A DNA stretch of 64,000 bases, taken from assembly GCA_042095375.1 (NCBI GenBank), contig JBELBJ010000006.1, positions 1,169-65,168 on the forward strand, in the 5' to 3' direction. Numbering within the stretch: position 1 is the stretch's first letter; each line of letters opens with the position of its first letter. Of this stretch, positions 31,405 through 41,320 are shown in pieces. The notes below the pieces were generated by a model. The model made no database searches, had not been told where the DNA came from, and saw nothing but the letters and a program-made list of their open reading frames with translations. Both the position numbers and the translations under genes were made by a program. The DNA is from Marinoscillum sp. (GTDB taxonomy: Bacteria; Bacteroidota; Bacteroidia; Cytophagales; MED-G16).

Positions 31405-32470
31405 TTCATTTGGTAAAATTTATAGAATTTCAACTTATGGAGAATCTCATGGTTCAGCAATTGGTGTAATTATAGATGGGTGTCCTCCTGAAATAAAAAT
31501 TGATAAAGAATATATTCAAAATGAACTTGATAGAAGAAAACCTGGGCAATCAAAAATTACTACTCAAAGAAAAGAATCAGATTCTGTAGAAATTTTATCT
31601 GGTATTTTTAATGGTAAATCAACAGGATCACCAATAAGTTTATTAATTAAAAATAAAGATCATAAAAGTAGTGATTATAATCATATTTCAAACTCATATA
31701 GACCATCGCATGCTGACTTTACTTATGATAAAAAATATAGTAATAGAGATTTTAGAGGTGGAGGTAGGAGTTCGGCAAGAGAAACGGCAAATTGGGTGGC
31801 GGCTGGTGCAATTTCAAAAAAAATTCTAGAAAAATTAAATATTAAAATAAATGCTTTTGTTTCAAAAGTTGGAAAAATAAAACTTAATAAAAATTATAAA
31901 GATTTAGACTTTAAAACAATAGAGTCAAATATTGTTAGATGCCCCGATCCAATATTTGCAGATAAATTCATTAAATTAATAGAAAATACTAGAAAAAAGA
32001 AAGATACCGTTGGTGGAATAATTACATGTGTAATAACAGATTGCCCTGTAGGAATTGGCGAACCAATTTTTGGAAAATTACATGCAGAATTAGGAAAAGC
32101 AATGCTATCTATCAATGCTGTTAAAGGTTTTGAATATGGAAGTGGTTTCAATGGGGTGGAAATGAATGGATCAATACATAACGATGAATTTCAAATAAAA
32201 AAAGGGGAAATATCAACAAAATCAAATTATTCAGGAGGGATTCAAGGTGGAATTAGTAATGGACAAGACATATATTTCAATGTTGCATTTAAGCCTGTAT
32301 CTACAATAATGAAAAATCAAAATAGCATTGATGAAAATAATAAAAAAGTAATAGTAAAAGGTAAAGGAAGACATGATCCATGCGTTGTTCCTAGAGCGGT
32401 GCCAATAGTTGAATCAATGGCTGCAAATGTAATAGTTGATTTATATTTACAAGGTAAAACAATTAAGTGA
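31397..32470 (+). CDS. aroC: Chorismate synthase
   Basis: [24 protein letters not shown] and [11 protein letters not shown] motifs. It overlaps BatD by 8 nt. Confidence 0.95.
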   Translation: MNNSFGKIYRISTYGESHGSAIGVIIDGCPPEIKIDKEYIQNELDRRKPGQSKITTQRKESDSVEILSGIFNGKSTGSPISLLIKNKDHKSSDYNHISNSYRPSHADFTYDKKYSNRDFRGGGRSSARETANWVAAGAISKKILEKLNIKINAFVSKVGKIKLNKNYKDLDFKTIESNIVRCPDPIFADKFIKLIENTRKKKDTVGGIITCVITDCPVGIGEPIFGKLHAELGKAMLSINAVKGFEYGSGFNGVEMNGSIHNDEFQIKKGEISTKSNYSGGIQGGISNGQDIYFNVAFKPVSTIMKNQNSIDENNKKVIVKGKGRHDPCVVPRAVPIVESMAANVIVDLYLQGKTIK

Positions 32471-33753
32471 TGGCGTTACATTCAAAAATAATTTTAGGGT
32501 TAATTATTGGTTTATTCTTCGGAATAATTTCTGTTTTTCTTGGTTTAAATGATTTTGTTTCAGATTGGGTTATGCCATTTGGAACAATATTTGTTAAAAT
32601 GCTAAAGCTTGTTGCTGTTCCATTAATTTTAGTTTCATTAATTTCTGGAATATCAAACCTTAGAGATACTTCTAAACTTTCAAGAATTGGCGGAAAGACT
32701 TTCAGTATATACATTTTGACTACAATCTCTGCAATTATTATTGCACTTTTTCTTGCTAATACACTCCAGCCCGGTGAGTACTTTCCAGATGAAAAAACTG
32801 CTGAGCTAAAAGAAAAGTATGCTTCCGATGCAAATATGAAAATAACTAGTGCTGAAAATGTTAAAGACTCGGGGCCATTACAAATGATGATTGATGTGGT
32901 ACCAGATAATTTTTTTTATTCGGCTAGTAACAATAGAAACATGCTTCAAATAATATTTTTTTCTATTTTATTTGGCGTTGGTCTTGTTTTATCCTCACCA
33001 AAAAAATCGGATCCTGTTAAAAAAACTTTTGATGGTTTTAATGAAATAATAATTAAAATAGTTGAAATCATTATGGAATATGCTCCTATTGGAGTTTTTG
33101 CTCTGCTAGCAGGATTAATTGTTGATCTTGCTGGTGATGATCCAAATAATTTAATAACAACCTTGAAACCATTACTATATTATGCCATTACTGTTCTTAT
33201 TGGATTAGCATTCATGATATTTATTTTTTATCCAATTATAATATATTCGTTTACTGGAGTTACTTTTTTAAATTTTTTAAAAGCAATTTTTCCTGCTCAA
33301 ATGTTAGCTTTCTCAACTAGCTCTAGTGCTGCAACTTTACCTTTGACAATGAAAAGAGTTAAAAAAAACCTTAATGTTTCTGAAGAAGTAACTAGTTTTG
33401 TTTGTCCTTTGGGAGCAACAATTAATATGGATGGAACAAGTATACATCAAGCTATTTCTGCTGTATTCATTGCACAAGCTTTTGGTCAAGATTTAACTCT
33501 AACTGACCAAATAGTTATAGTAATTACGGCAACTTTATCATCTATTGGAGCTGCAGCAGTTCCTGGAGCAGGTTTGATTATGTTGGTAATTGTTCTAGGT
33601 GCAATTGGTATTGATCCTCAAGGACTGGCTTTAATTATTGCCATTGATAGACCATTAGACATGTGTAGAACTATGGTTAATGTGACTGGAGATGCAACTG
33701 TAGCTAGTTTAGTTGCGTTTAGTGAAGGAGAAAAAATAAAATTTAAAACATAA
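32467..33753 (+). CDS. Dicarboxylate/amino acid:cation symporter (DAACS/GltP family)
   Basis: Multi-TM protein with SSSAATLP and NMDGT motifs. A GTG at 32467 or an ATG at 32470 are both possible starts. Confidence 0.85.
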   Translation: MMALHSKIILGLIIGLFFGIISVFLGLNDFVSDWVMPFGTIFVKMLKLVAVPLILVSLISGISNLRDTSKLSRIGGKTFSIYILTTISAIIIALFLANTLQPGEYFPDEKTAELKEKYASDANMKITSAENVKDSGPLQMMIDVVPDNFFYSASNNRNMLQIIFFSILFGVGLVLSSPKKSDPVKKTFDGFNEIIIKIVEIIMEYAPIGVFALLAGLIVDLAGDDPNNLITTLKPLLYYAITVLIGLAFMIFIFYPIIIYSFTGVTFLNFLKAIFPAQMLAFSTSSSAATLPLTMKRVKKNLNVSEEVTSFVCPLGATINMDGTSIHQAISAVFIAQAFGQDLTLTDQIVIVITATLSSIGAAAVPGAGLIMLVIVLGAIGIDPQGLALIIAIDRPLDMCRTMVNVTGDATVASLVAFSEGEKIKFKT

Positions 33754-34358
33754 TGAATAATTTAAATATATATATTGAATCTAATCCAAATCCAAATTCT
33801 TTAAAATTTGTAGCAAATATTATGTTGGTTAATGAAGGAATAGTTAAAGACTACCCTGATATTAAAAGCGTAAAGGATTCCCCACTTGCAAAAAAATTAT
33901 TTGATTTTGAATATGTGAAAAGAGTTTTTATAATGAGTAATTTTATTACGATAACAAAAAAAGAAAATTTTTCTTGGGAAGAAGTTAAATTAGATTTAAG
34001 AGATTTTATAAAAAAATATATTGAAGAAAAAAATGAAATTATTTCGATACCCAAAAATGAATCAAGAAAAAAATTAGATACAGATACAGATACAGATACA
34101 GATACAGATACAGATACAGATACAGATACTATAGATGAAAAAATCAAAAATATTTTAGAAGAATATATAAAACCTGCGGTTGAACAAGACGGGGGAGCTA
34201 TTGATTTTGAATCATTTGAAAATGGTAAAGTTATAGTTTCATTAAAAGGAGCATGTAGTGGGTGTCCTTCGTCTACTCTTACCTTAAAATCAGGAATTGA
34301 AAATTTACTCAAAAGATTTGTGCCTGAAGTAAAAGAAGTTGTTGCGGAGGAAAACTAA
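33753..34358 (+). CDS. NifU/Nfu-type Fe-S cluster assembly protein (Nfu_N + NifU C-terminal domain) with (DT)9 linker
   Basis: N-terminal Nfu_N-like scaffold (NPNSLKFVAN...) and a C-terminal NifU domain with GACSGCPSS. The linker contains DTDTDTDTDTDTDTDTDT. Confidence 0.8.
   Translation: MNNLNIYIESNPNPNSLKFVANIMLVNEGIVKDYPDIKSVKDSPLAKKLFDFEYVKRVFIMSNFITITKKENFSWEEVKLDLRDFIKKYIEEKNEIISIPKNESRKKLDTDTDTDTDTDTDTDTDTIDEKIKNILEEYIKPAVEQDGGAIDFESFENGKVIVSLKGACSGCPSSTLTLKSGIENLLKRFVPEVKEVVAEEN
34077..34130 (+). repeat. Hexanucleotide microsatellite (GATACA)x8 + GATACT
   Basis: Read directly from the sequence. It is in frame and encodes (Asp-Thr)9. Confidence 0.95.
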
Positions 34359-34400
34359 TTATTTATAATTAATTTTTAATAAAACTTTTTAAAATTTAGC

Positions 34401-35834
34401 TTATAACTTAACTGACCATTTGGTTCCATTAATAGTATCCTTCAGTTCGATTCCTTTCTTTAATAAATCATCTCTAATTAAATCAGAATCCTTAAAATTT
34501 TTAACTTTCCTTGCTATATCTCTTTTTTTTATTTTTTCTACTATTTCTTCTAACGAAATATCCTTTTCTTTTAATAGAATTAAATTTAATTCTATTAATA
34601 TTTTTTTTGGTTCCTCAGAAAATAATCCTAATAAGTCCCCTACTCTAGTAAAAAAAGATAAAAATTCTTTAGCAATATTTATGTTTTTTTTGTTTTTAAA
34701 ATAATTATTAAATTTTCTAACAACATTAAACACCTGAGCAAAAACAATTGGAGTATTAATATCATTATTCAAAGATTTATAAACTGTATTAAGATCATTT
34801 TCAAAAAAAGAAAAATTGGAGTCATTATCTTTTTCTTTAGTAATATTATTTGCTTGTTCTAAAGCTGTATAAATTTTTATTAAATTAATAATAGATTGTT
34901 GAATTTGTTTATAAGAAAAATTAAGTGAAGACCTATAATGAACAGAAAGAATCATATATTTTAATATCTCGGGACTATAATCCCTCATAAAGCTTCTAGC
35001 TTTAATAATATTTCCCAAAGATTTTGACATTTTTTGATCATCAAATTTTATAAAATTATTGTGTACCCAATACTTAGCAAAATTTTTTCCAGACATACTT
35101 TCTGATTGAGCAATTTCATTTTCATGATGTGGAAAAATCAAATCCATTCCACCACCATGAATGTCGATTTGATCTCCTAAAAGAGCATTAGCCATAACTG
35201 AACATTCAATATGCCACCCTGGCCTACCTCTACCCCATGGTGATTCCCATCCTGGTTCTTTACTCTTAGAGGGTTTCCAAAGAACAAAATCAATTGGATT
35301 TCTTTTATCTTGATTAACAGTAATTCTGTGTCCACTAATTAAATCTTCAATATTTTTTCCGCTTAGCTTGCCATAAGCTGCAAATTTATTACATGAAAAA
35401 AAAACACTTTTATTTTTTACATAAGCAAATTCTTTTTTAATAAGATCAGAAATAAAAGAAATTATACTGTCTATATAATCAGTACATTTAGGATTTTTAG
35501 ATGCTTTTGGTATATTTAATAGTTTAAAATCCTTTTCAAATTCTTTAATAAATTTAGCCGATATCTCTGAAGTCAATTTGTTTTCATCTTGTGATTTTTT
35601 TATTATTTTATCATCAATATCTGTATAGTTATATATATAGTTTACTGAATAACCTAAATGTTCAAGCCAATTTCTTAATAAATTAAAAAAAATCACTCCT
35701 CTAAAATTACCAACATGTAATAAATCATATACAGTTGGGCCACAAACATACATCTTTACTACACCTGGAGTTAATGGTTTAAATACCTCTTTTTTCTTAC
35801 TTAAAGAATTATATAGCTTAAAATTATCTAACAT
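34401..35834 (-). CDS. cysS: Cysteine--tRNA ligase
   Basis: Class I motifs HVGNFRG (HIGH) and KMSKS, plus the zinc-site context CGPTVYD. Confidence 0.95.
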   Translation of the reverse strand: MLDNFKLYNSLSKKKEVFKPLTPGVVKMYVCGPTVYDLLHVGNFRGVIFFNLLRNWLEHLGYSVNYIYNYTDIDDKIIKKSQDENKLTSEISAKFIKEFEKDFKLLNIPKASKNPKCTDYIDSIISFISDLIKKEFAYVKNKSVFFSCNKFAAYGKLSGKNIEDLISGHRITVNQDKRNPIDFVLWKPSKSKEPGWESPWGRGRPGWHIECSVMANALLGDQIDIHGGGMDLIFPHHENEIAQSESMSGKNFAKYWVHNNFIKFDDQKMSKSLGNIIKARSFMRDYSPEILKYMILSVHYRSSLNFSYKQIQQSIINLIKIYTALEQANNITKEKDNDSNFSFFENDLNTVYKSLNNDINTPIVFAQVFNVVRKFNNYFKNKKNINIAKEFLSFFTRVGDLLGLFSEEPKKILIELNLILLKEKDISLEEIVEKIKKRDIARKVKNFKDSDLIRDDLLKKGIELKDTINGTKWSVKL

Positions 35835-35890
35835 TATTTTTCAAATTAAATAATTTATATTTCAATAATTTGATTAAAATTAAAAAAAGT

Positions 35891-35898
35891 TAAATTTG
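35891..35898 (+). promoter_or_regulatory. Candidate Bacteroidota-type promoter for nusA-infB
   Basis: TTTG (35869-35872) - N18 - TAAATTTG (35891-35898), 59 nt upstream of the nusA ATG. Confidence 0.4.
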
Positions 35899-35920
35899 CA
35901 TAAATAAATTAATTGGGAGC

Positions 35921-35945
35921 GGGGACTTTAGTCCCCATTTTTTTT
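35921..35945 (+). terminator. Intrinsic-terminator hairpin in the nusA leader (candidate attenuator)
   Basis: ggggac-ttta-gtcccc is a perfect 6-bp GC-rich stem. It is followed by a and T8, ending 11 nt before the nusA ATG. No T-run follows on the reverse strand. Confidence 0.55.
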
Positions 35946-35956
35946 AAATAAAAATT

Positions 35957-37201
35957 ATGGATGCAAGTGTTTTAATAAAGTCTTTTACTGAATTTGCGAA
36001 GCAAAAAAATGTAGATAGACCAACAATGATAAAAATTTTACAAGATGTTTTTAAAGCTATGATCAAGAAAAAGTTTGGTCATGATGAAAATTTTGATATC
36101 GTAATTAATGCTGACAAAGGAGATCTAGCTATATGGAGGTTTAGAGATATTGTTGATGATAATTCTGAAGACATATGGGATAATGATAAAATATCATTAA
36201 CTGAAGCAAAAAAAATTGAAAATGATTTTGAAATAGGAGAAGAAGTAGCTGAAGAAATTACAATTGAAGATTTTGGCAGAAGAGCTGTTATTCTGGCAAA
36301 GCAAACTTTAAATCAAAAGATTAATGATCTTGAAAAAGAAATAATAATAAAAAAATATGAAGAACTAGTTGGTGAAATAATAAATGGTGAAATATATCAA
36401 GTTCTAAGTAGAGAAGTATTATTAGTTGACTCTGAAGGTAATGAGCTTTCCTTACCAAAATCAGAACAAATTTCAAAAGATAGATATAGAAAAGGAGAAA
36501 ATATTCGAGGAATAGTTTTGTCAGTTGAAATGATAAGAGGTAATCCTAGAATAACAATCTCAAGAACAAGTCCAAAGTTTTTAGAAAAACTTTTTGAAAA
36601 TGAAGTCCCGGAAATATTCGATGGTTTAATAACAATCAAAAAAGTTGTAAGACAACCTGGAGAAAGAGCCAAAGTTTGTGTTGAATCATATGATGATAGA
36701 ATTGACCCGGTAGGAGCTTGCGTAGGAATGAATGGTTCAAGAATACATTCAATCGTTAGAGAATTACAAAATGAAAATATTGATGTGATTAACAATACTG
36801 ATAACTTAGATTTATATATAAATAGAGCTCTAAGTCCTGCAAAAATTTCTTCTGTCCAAGTTGATAAAGAAAATGCACGTATATCTGTTTATCTTAAACC
36901 TGATCAAGTTTCTCTTGCTATTGGAAAGGGAGGACAAAATATTAAATTGGCTAGTAAACTTCTAGAATACGAAATTGATGTTTTTAGAGAATTAGATAAC
37001 CGGCAAGAGGAAGAGGATGTCGATTTAGATGAGTTTGCTGATGAAATAGATGGTTGGGTTATAGATGAGCTTAAAAGAATTGGGCTAGACACTGCTAAAG
37101 CAGTTTTAAATTTAGAAAAAACTGATTTAGTGAAGAGATCTGATTTAGAAGAAGAAACTATTGATCAAGTTATAAAAACATTACAAAAAGAATTTGAATA
37201 A
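35957..37201 (+). CDS. nusA: Transcription termination/antitermination factor NusA
   Basis: 414 aa with an S1 domain, KH domains (GACVGMNGSRI, AIGKGGQNIKLA) and an acidic C-terminal tail. Confidence 0.95.
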   Translation: MDASVLIKSFTEFAKQKNVDRPTMIKILQDVFKAMIKKKFGHDENFDIVINADKGDLAIWRFRDIVDDNSEDIWDNDKISLTEAKKIENDFEIGEEVAEEITIEDFGRRAVILAKQTLNQKINDLEKEIIIKKYEELVGEIINGEIYQVLSREVLLVDSEGNELSLPKSEQISKDRYRKGENIRGIVLSVEMIRGNPRITISRTSPKFLEKLFENEVPEIFDGLITIKKVVRQPGERAKVCVESYDDRIDPVGACVGMNGSRIHSIVRELQNENIDVINNTDNLDLYINRALSPAKISSVQVDKENARISVYLKPDQVSLAIGKGGQNIKLASKLLEYEIDVFRELDNRQEEEDVDLDEFADEIDGWVIDELKRIGLDTAKAVLNLEKTDLVKRSDLEEETIDQVIKTLQKEFE

Positions 37202-37203
37202 TA

Positions 37204-39588
37204 ATGACAGATAAATCAACTATGCGATTAGGTCAAGTGTCTAGAAAATTAAATATTGGAAGAGATACTATAATTAGTTTTTTACAAAAAAAAGGATTTG
37301 ATATAGATTCTAATCCCAATGCAAAAATAAATGTTGAATTATATAAATTATTGGAAAATGAATTTGAAAACTCTGCTGTTGAAAAAAAGGCTGCTTCAGA
37401 TGTAAAAATAGGTATTTCAGAAGAGAATGTGATTAGAAATGATAAAGTAGATTCTAAAGAAAAAGAAGAAGAAAAAAAAGAAGAAAATAATGATGAAATT
37501 AAGATTATTGATAAAATAGATCTGGGATCAATTAACAAAAAGAAAGATAATATAAAAAAAGTTGCTTCATCTGATCAGTCTAAAAAAAAAAGGAGACCTA
37601 GAAAAAGAATATTTTCTGAAGAAAAACCAAAGAGCGAAAATAAAAAAATTAGAAAAGACAATGATGATAAGGAACAGAAGAATAAAGAAATTAAAGAAAA
37701 AATTAAAAAAACATTAGCAAGATTAAGTAGTAGTAAAGATAGTGATACAAAAAGATCAAAATATAGAAAAGAAAAAAGATCACAACGTGCTGAGGCAAAA
37801 GAAGAAGAAGAATTAAGTAAAGAAAAACAATCTAGAACATTAAAGGTTACAGAATATATATCAGCAAATGATCTTGCAAAACTAATGGAAGTTAGTGTCA
37901 ATGATGTAATAGCTAAATATATGGAAATAGGAATTGTTGTCTCCATAAATCAGAGACTAGATGAGGAAACTATTAGTTTGATAGCCGAAGAATTTGGATT
38001 TAAAATTGAAATTGTATCATCAGAATCCAAAAAATTTGATGTTGAAGAATCAGATAATGGTGACGAAAAAGATTTAGTTGAAAGAGCACCAATAGTAACT
38101 ATAATGGGTCATGTAGATCATGGAAAAACATCATTATTAGATTTTATAAGAAAGACCAATGAAACTGAAAAAGAGGCTGGAGGAATAACTCAACATATCG
38201 GGGCGTATGATGTAGAAACCTCTACTAACAAACGGATTGCATTTTTAGATACACCTGGTCACGAAGCATTTGCTGCTATGAGGGCCCGAGGAGCAAAATT
38301 AACTGACATAGTTGTAATTGTTATTGCAGCAGATTCTGCTGTTATGCCTCAAACTAAAGAAGCTATAAATCATGCTAAAGTTGCAGAAGTCCCTATCATA
38401 ATAGCAATAAACAAAATCGACACTCAAAATGCTAATACAGATAAAATAAAAGAAGAACTATCTAAGGAAGACATTTTGGTAGAGGATTGGGGTGGTAAAT
38501 TTCAATGTCAAGAAGTTTCTGCAAAAACAGGGAAAGGAATAGATGAATTACTAGAAAAAATAGTGATTGAAGCAGAAATGAAAGAATTAAAAACAAACCC
38601 AAAAAAATCAGCTTCAGGAACTATTGTTGAATCTTCACTTGATAAAGGAAGAGGTTATTTAACAACGCTGATGGTACAAGGTGGCACTTTAAAAAAAGGA
38701 GATATTATTCTTTCAGGTCCTTTTTATGGAAAAGTAAAGGCTTTGTTTGATTATAAAAATTCAATAAAATCAGACGTTCCTCCATCAACACCAATATTAA
38801 TGCTTGGATTAAATGGGGCACCACAAGCAGGGGAAAAATTTATTGTTGTTAAAACTGAAAAAGAAGCTAGAGAGATTGCTGCAAAAAGAGAAAAATTAAT
38901 AAGAGAACAAAATATTAAAACAAAAAAACATATTACACTTGATGAAATTGGTAGGAGAATTTCTGTTGGAAGCTTCAAAGAACTTAATGTTGTAATTAAA
39001 GGAGATGTTGATGGGTCGATTGAAGCCTTATCTGATTCAATGGAAAAATTATCAAATGAAGAATTGAGTGTAAAAATAATACATAGGGGTGTTGGAGAGA
39101 TAAATGAATCAGATGTTTTACTAGCATCAGCAGCTGACGGTATAATAGTTGGATTTCAAGTCAGGCCATCTGTAAATGCAAGAAAATTGGCTGAAAAAGA
39201 AGGTGTTGAAATAAGATTATATTCGATTATCTATGAGGCAATAGAAGAAATCAAAAAAGCTTTGGAAGGATTATTAGCTCCAACTATTGAAGAAAGTATT
39301 ACTGGGTCAGCTGAGGTTAGAGAGACATATAAAATATCAAAAGTAGGAACTATAGCTGGATGCTATGTAACTGATGGAAAAATACTCAGAAAAAACGAAG
39401 TAAGATTAATAAGAGATGGTGTAATTATTTTTACAGGTAAAATAAAACAGCTGAAAAGATTCAAAGATGATGCTACTGAAGTTAAAAATGGATATGAATG
39501 TGGAATATTAATTGAAGATTTTAATGATATAAAAACAGGAGATTCAATTGAATGTTTTGAAATGAAAGAAACAAAAAGAAAAATTTAA
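37204..39588 (+). CDS. infB: Translation initiation factor IF-2
   Basis: G-domain motifs GHVDHGKTSLLD, DTPGH and NKID, a K/E-rich N-terminal low-complexity region, and a position directly after nusA. Confidence 0.95.
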   Translation: MTDKSTMRLGQVSRKLNIGRDTIISFLQKKGFDIDSNPNAKINVELYKLLENEFENSAVEKKAASDVKIGISEENVIRNDKVDSKEKEEEKKEENNDEIKIIDKIDLGSINKKKDNIKKVASSDQSKKKRRPRKRIFSEEKPKSENKKIRKDNDDKEQKNKEIKEKIKKTLARLSSSKDSDTKRSKYRKEKRSQRAEAKEEEELSKEKQSRTLKVTEYISANDLAKLMEVSVNDVIAKYMEIGIVVSINQRLDEETISLIAEEFGFKIEIVSSESKKFDVEESDNGDEKDLVERAPIVTIMGHVDHGKTSLLDFIRKTNETEKEAGGITQHIGAYDVETSTNKRIAFLDTPGHEAFAAMRARGAKLTDIVVIVIAADSAVMPQTKEAINHAKVAEVPIIIAINKIDTQNANTDKIKEELSKEDILVEDWGGKFQCQEVSAKTGKGIDELLEKIVIEAEMKELKTNPKKSASGTIVESSLDKGRGYLTTLMVQGGTLKKGDIILSGPFYGKVKALFDYKNSIKSDVPPSTPILMLGLNGAPQAGEKFIVVKTEKEAREIAAKREKLIREQNIKTKKHITLDEIGRRISVGSFKELNVVIKGDVDGSIEALSDSMEKLSNEELSVKIIHRGVGEINESDVLLASAADGIIVGFQVRPSVNARKLAEKEGVEIRLYSIIYEAIEEIKKALEGLLAPTIEESITGSAEVRETYKISKVGTIAGCYVTDGKILRKNEVRLIRDGVIIFTGKIKQLKRFKDDATEVKNGYECGILIEDFNDIKTGDSIECFEMKETKRKI

Positions 39589-39598
39589 ATTATTTATT

Positions 39599-39976
39599 AT
39601 GAAAAAAAAGGTAAAGTATACTAAAAAAGAATTAATTGAGTTTGAGAAAATTATTTCAAAAAAAATTGATGTTGCAACAAATGAATTAAATTATATTAGA
39701 GAATCTTTACTAAGAAAAAATCTTTCTGGCACTGATTCTACACAAGGTGCTCTAAAAACATTAGAAGATGGAGCGGATACTCTTGAAAAAGAAAACCTAA
39801 GTCAACTAGCTGCTAGGCAACAAACTTTCATAAATAATTTACAAAAAGCTTTAATAAGAATTAAAAATGGAACTTATGGGATATGTAAAGATTCAGGAAA
39901 ACTCATTAGTAAAGCCAGACTAAAAGCAGTTCCTCATGCAACTCAATCCATTGAATCAAAATTAAATAGACAGTAA
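39599..39976 (+). CDS. DksA/TraR-family protein (Bacteroidota type lacking the 4-Cys zinc finger)
   Basis: Coiled-coil N-terminal part and the C-terminal pattern GTYGICKDSGKLISKARLKAVPHAT, with only one Cys. Confidence 0.65.
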   Translation: MKKKVKYTKKELIEFEKIISKKIDVATNELNYIRESLLRKNLSGTDSTQGALKTLEDGADTLEKENLSQLAARQQTFINNLQKALIRIKNGTYGICKDSGKLISKARLKAVPHATQSIESKLNRQ

Positions 39977-39977
39977 A

Positions 39978-40538
39978 TTGAATGAATTAATTTTAAAGGT
40001 AGAGTCTATAATTTATTGCTCACCAAAACCTTTGACACTTCAAGAAATTAAAGATTGTATTGAAGAGGATGAAAATAAAAATATTTCAGATAATAAAATT
40101 AAAGAGTTTGTTGAAACCTTAATAAAAAAGTATGATGATGAAAAATTTTCATTTGAAATTATAAAACTAGCCAATGGTTATCAATTTTTAACTAAATCAA
40201 AATATTCTAATATTACTAAACTACTTTTAAAACAACATTCCGATAAGAGACTATCTATAGCATCATTAGAAACCCTTGCAATAATAGCTTATAAACAGCC
40301 AATTATTAAATCAAAAATTGAACAAATAAGAGGTGTTAATTGTGATTATACAATAAATAAATTATTAGAAAAAAATTTAATTGAGATAAAGGGAAAATCT
40401 GATAAATTGGGAAGACCCTTAATATATATCACTAGTATGAAGTTTATGGATTATTTTGGCATAAACAATTTAAATCAATTGCCGACCATTCAAGATTTTT
40501 CTGAAGAAGAAAACATGATCGGTGATGAATCAAAATAA
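39978..40538 (+). CDS. scpB: Segregation and condensation protein B
   Basis: ESIIYCSPKPLTLQEI and SLETLAIIAYKQPIIKSKIEQIRGV match the ScpB winged-helix pattern. TTG start. Confidence 0.8.
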   Translation: MNELILKVESIIYCSPKPLTLQEIKDCIEEDENKNISDNKIKEFVETLIKKYDDEKFSFEIIKLANGYQFLTKSKYSNITKLLLKQHSDKRLSIASLETLAIIAYKQPIIKSKIEQIRGVNCDYTINKLLEKNLIEIKGKSDKLGRPLIYITSMKFMDYFGINNLNQLPTIQDFSEEENMIGDESK

Positions 40539-41250
40539 TAACAAATTGATTCGCATTAATAAATTTATTTCTAATTCCGGGGTTTGTTCACGAAGACAAG
40601 CGGATGAATTAATACTGAAAGGTAAAGTCTACTTAAATAATAAAAAAATTAAAACACTTGGTATTAAAATATCAAATGAAGATATAGTCAAAATTGATGG
40701 AAAAATTATTTCAAAAGAAAAAAAAGAATACCTAATACTAAATAAACCAAAAGACTTTATTACCACCCTAAATGATCCTCAAAATAGAAAAACTGTAAAG
40801 GGTTTAATAAAAGGAGCAACTAAAAAAAGATTATATCCTGTAGGAAGGCTTGATAGAAACACCACAGGATTACTTATTTTCACAAATGATGGTGAATTAT
40901 CAAAAAAATTAACTCATCCAAGTTATAAAATTAAAAAAATTTATCATGTAGAAATTGAAAAAGCCATTGAATTAAATGATTTTAAAATAATAGAAAATGG
41001 ATTTAAATTAGACGGGGAAAAAATTAAAGTAGATAAAATTGCTATTCTTGATAAAGAGAAAAAAAATATTGGTCTTGAAATTCATATTGGTAAAAATAGA
41101 ATCGTGAGAAGAATATTTGAACATTTAAATTATAAAGTAAAAAAATTAGATAGAGTAATGATAGGCTCAATAACTAAAAAAAATCTAAAGAGAGGAAGTT
41201 GGAGATTTTTGAAGGATTCTGAAGTAAGACTATTAAAAAATTTCTCATGA
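40522..41250 (+). CDS. Pseudouridine synthase, RsuA/RluB family
   Basis: S4 domain (IRINKFISNSGVCSRRQADELI) and the catalytic motif PVGRLDRNTTGLLIFTNDG. A GTG at 40522 or an ATG at 40525 are possible starts. It overlaps scpB. Confidence 0.85.
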   Translation: MMNQNNNKLIRINKFISNSGVCSRRQADELILKGKVYLNNKKIKTLGIKISNEDIVKIDGKIISKEKKEYLILNKPKDFITTLNDPQNRKTVKGLIKGATKKRLYPVGRLDRNTTGLLIFTNDGELSKKLTHPSYKIKKIYHVEIEKAIELNDFKIIENGFKLDGEKIKVDKIAILDKEKKNIGLEIHIGKNRIVRRIFEHLNYKVKKLDRVMIGSITKKNLKRGSWRFLKDSEVRLLKNFS

Positions 41251-41320
41251 GACAATATATTTATATCTTTTTATAATAAATAGAATATATATTACTAATA
41301 TTGTCTCATGAGACAATATA
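41243..41320 (+). repeat. 17-nt exact direct repeat (tctcatgagacaatata at 41243-41259 and 41304-41320); second copy sits in a 20-bp perfect palindrome (41299-41318)
   Basis: Read directly from the sequence. Copy 1 covers the pseudouridine synthase stop codon. Copy 2 covers the ATG of ORF 41308. The palindrome is tattgtctcatgagacaata. Confidence 0.9.

Noticed and set aside
32468-32470. Possible stop-codon reassignment (TGA) given the extreme AT content
   Set aside because: Genes ending in TGA (aroC at 32468-32470, the pseudouridine synthase at 41248-41250) terminate at the lengths expected for their families. I saw no in-frame TGA interrupting conserved domains. The standard bacterial code fits.
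34077-34130. GATACA repeat as a CRISPR array or frameshifting phase-variation switch
   Set aside because: There are no spacers between units, so it is not a CRISPR array. The unit length is a multiple of 3, so slippage cannot switch the gene off and can only change linker length.
33851-34312. 153-aa reverse-strand ORF with a (SV)n repeat inside the NifU-type gene
   Set aside because: It is the antisense mirror of the (GATACA)n repeat and of a Lys/Glu-rich gene. The forward frame has clear Nfu_N and NifU CxxC domains. The antisense product is low-complexity S/F/I-rich with no recognisable motif.
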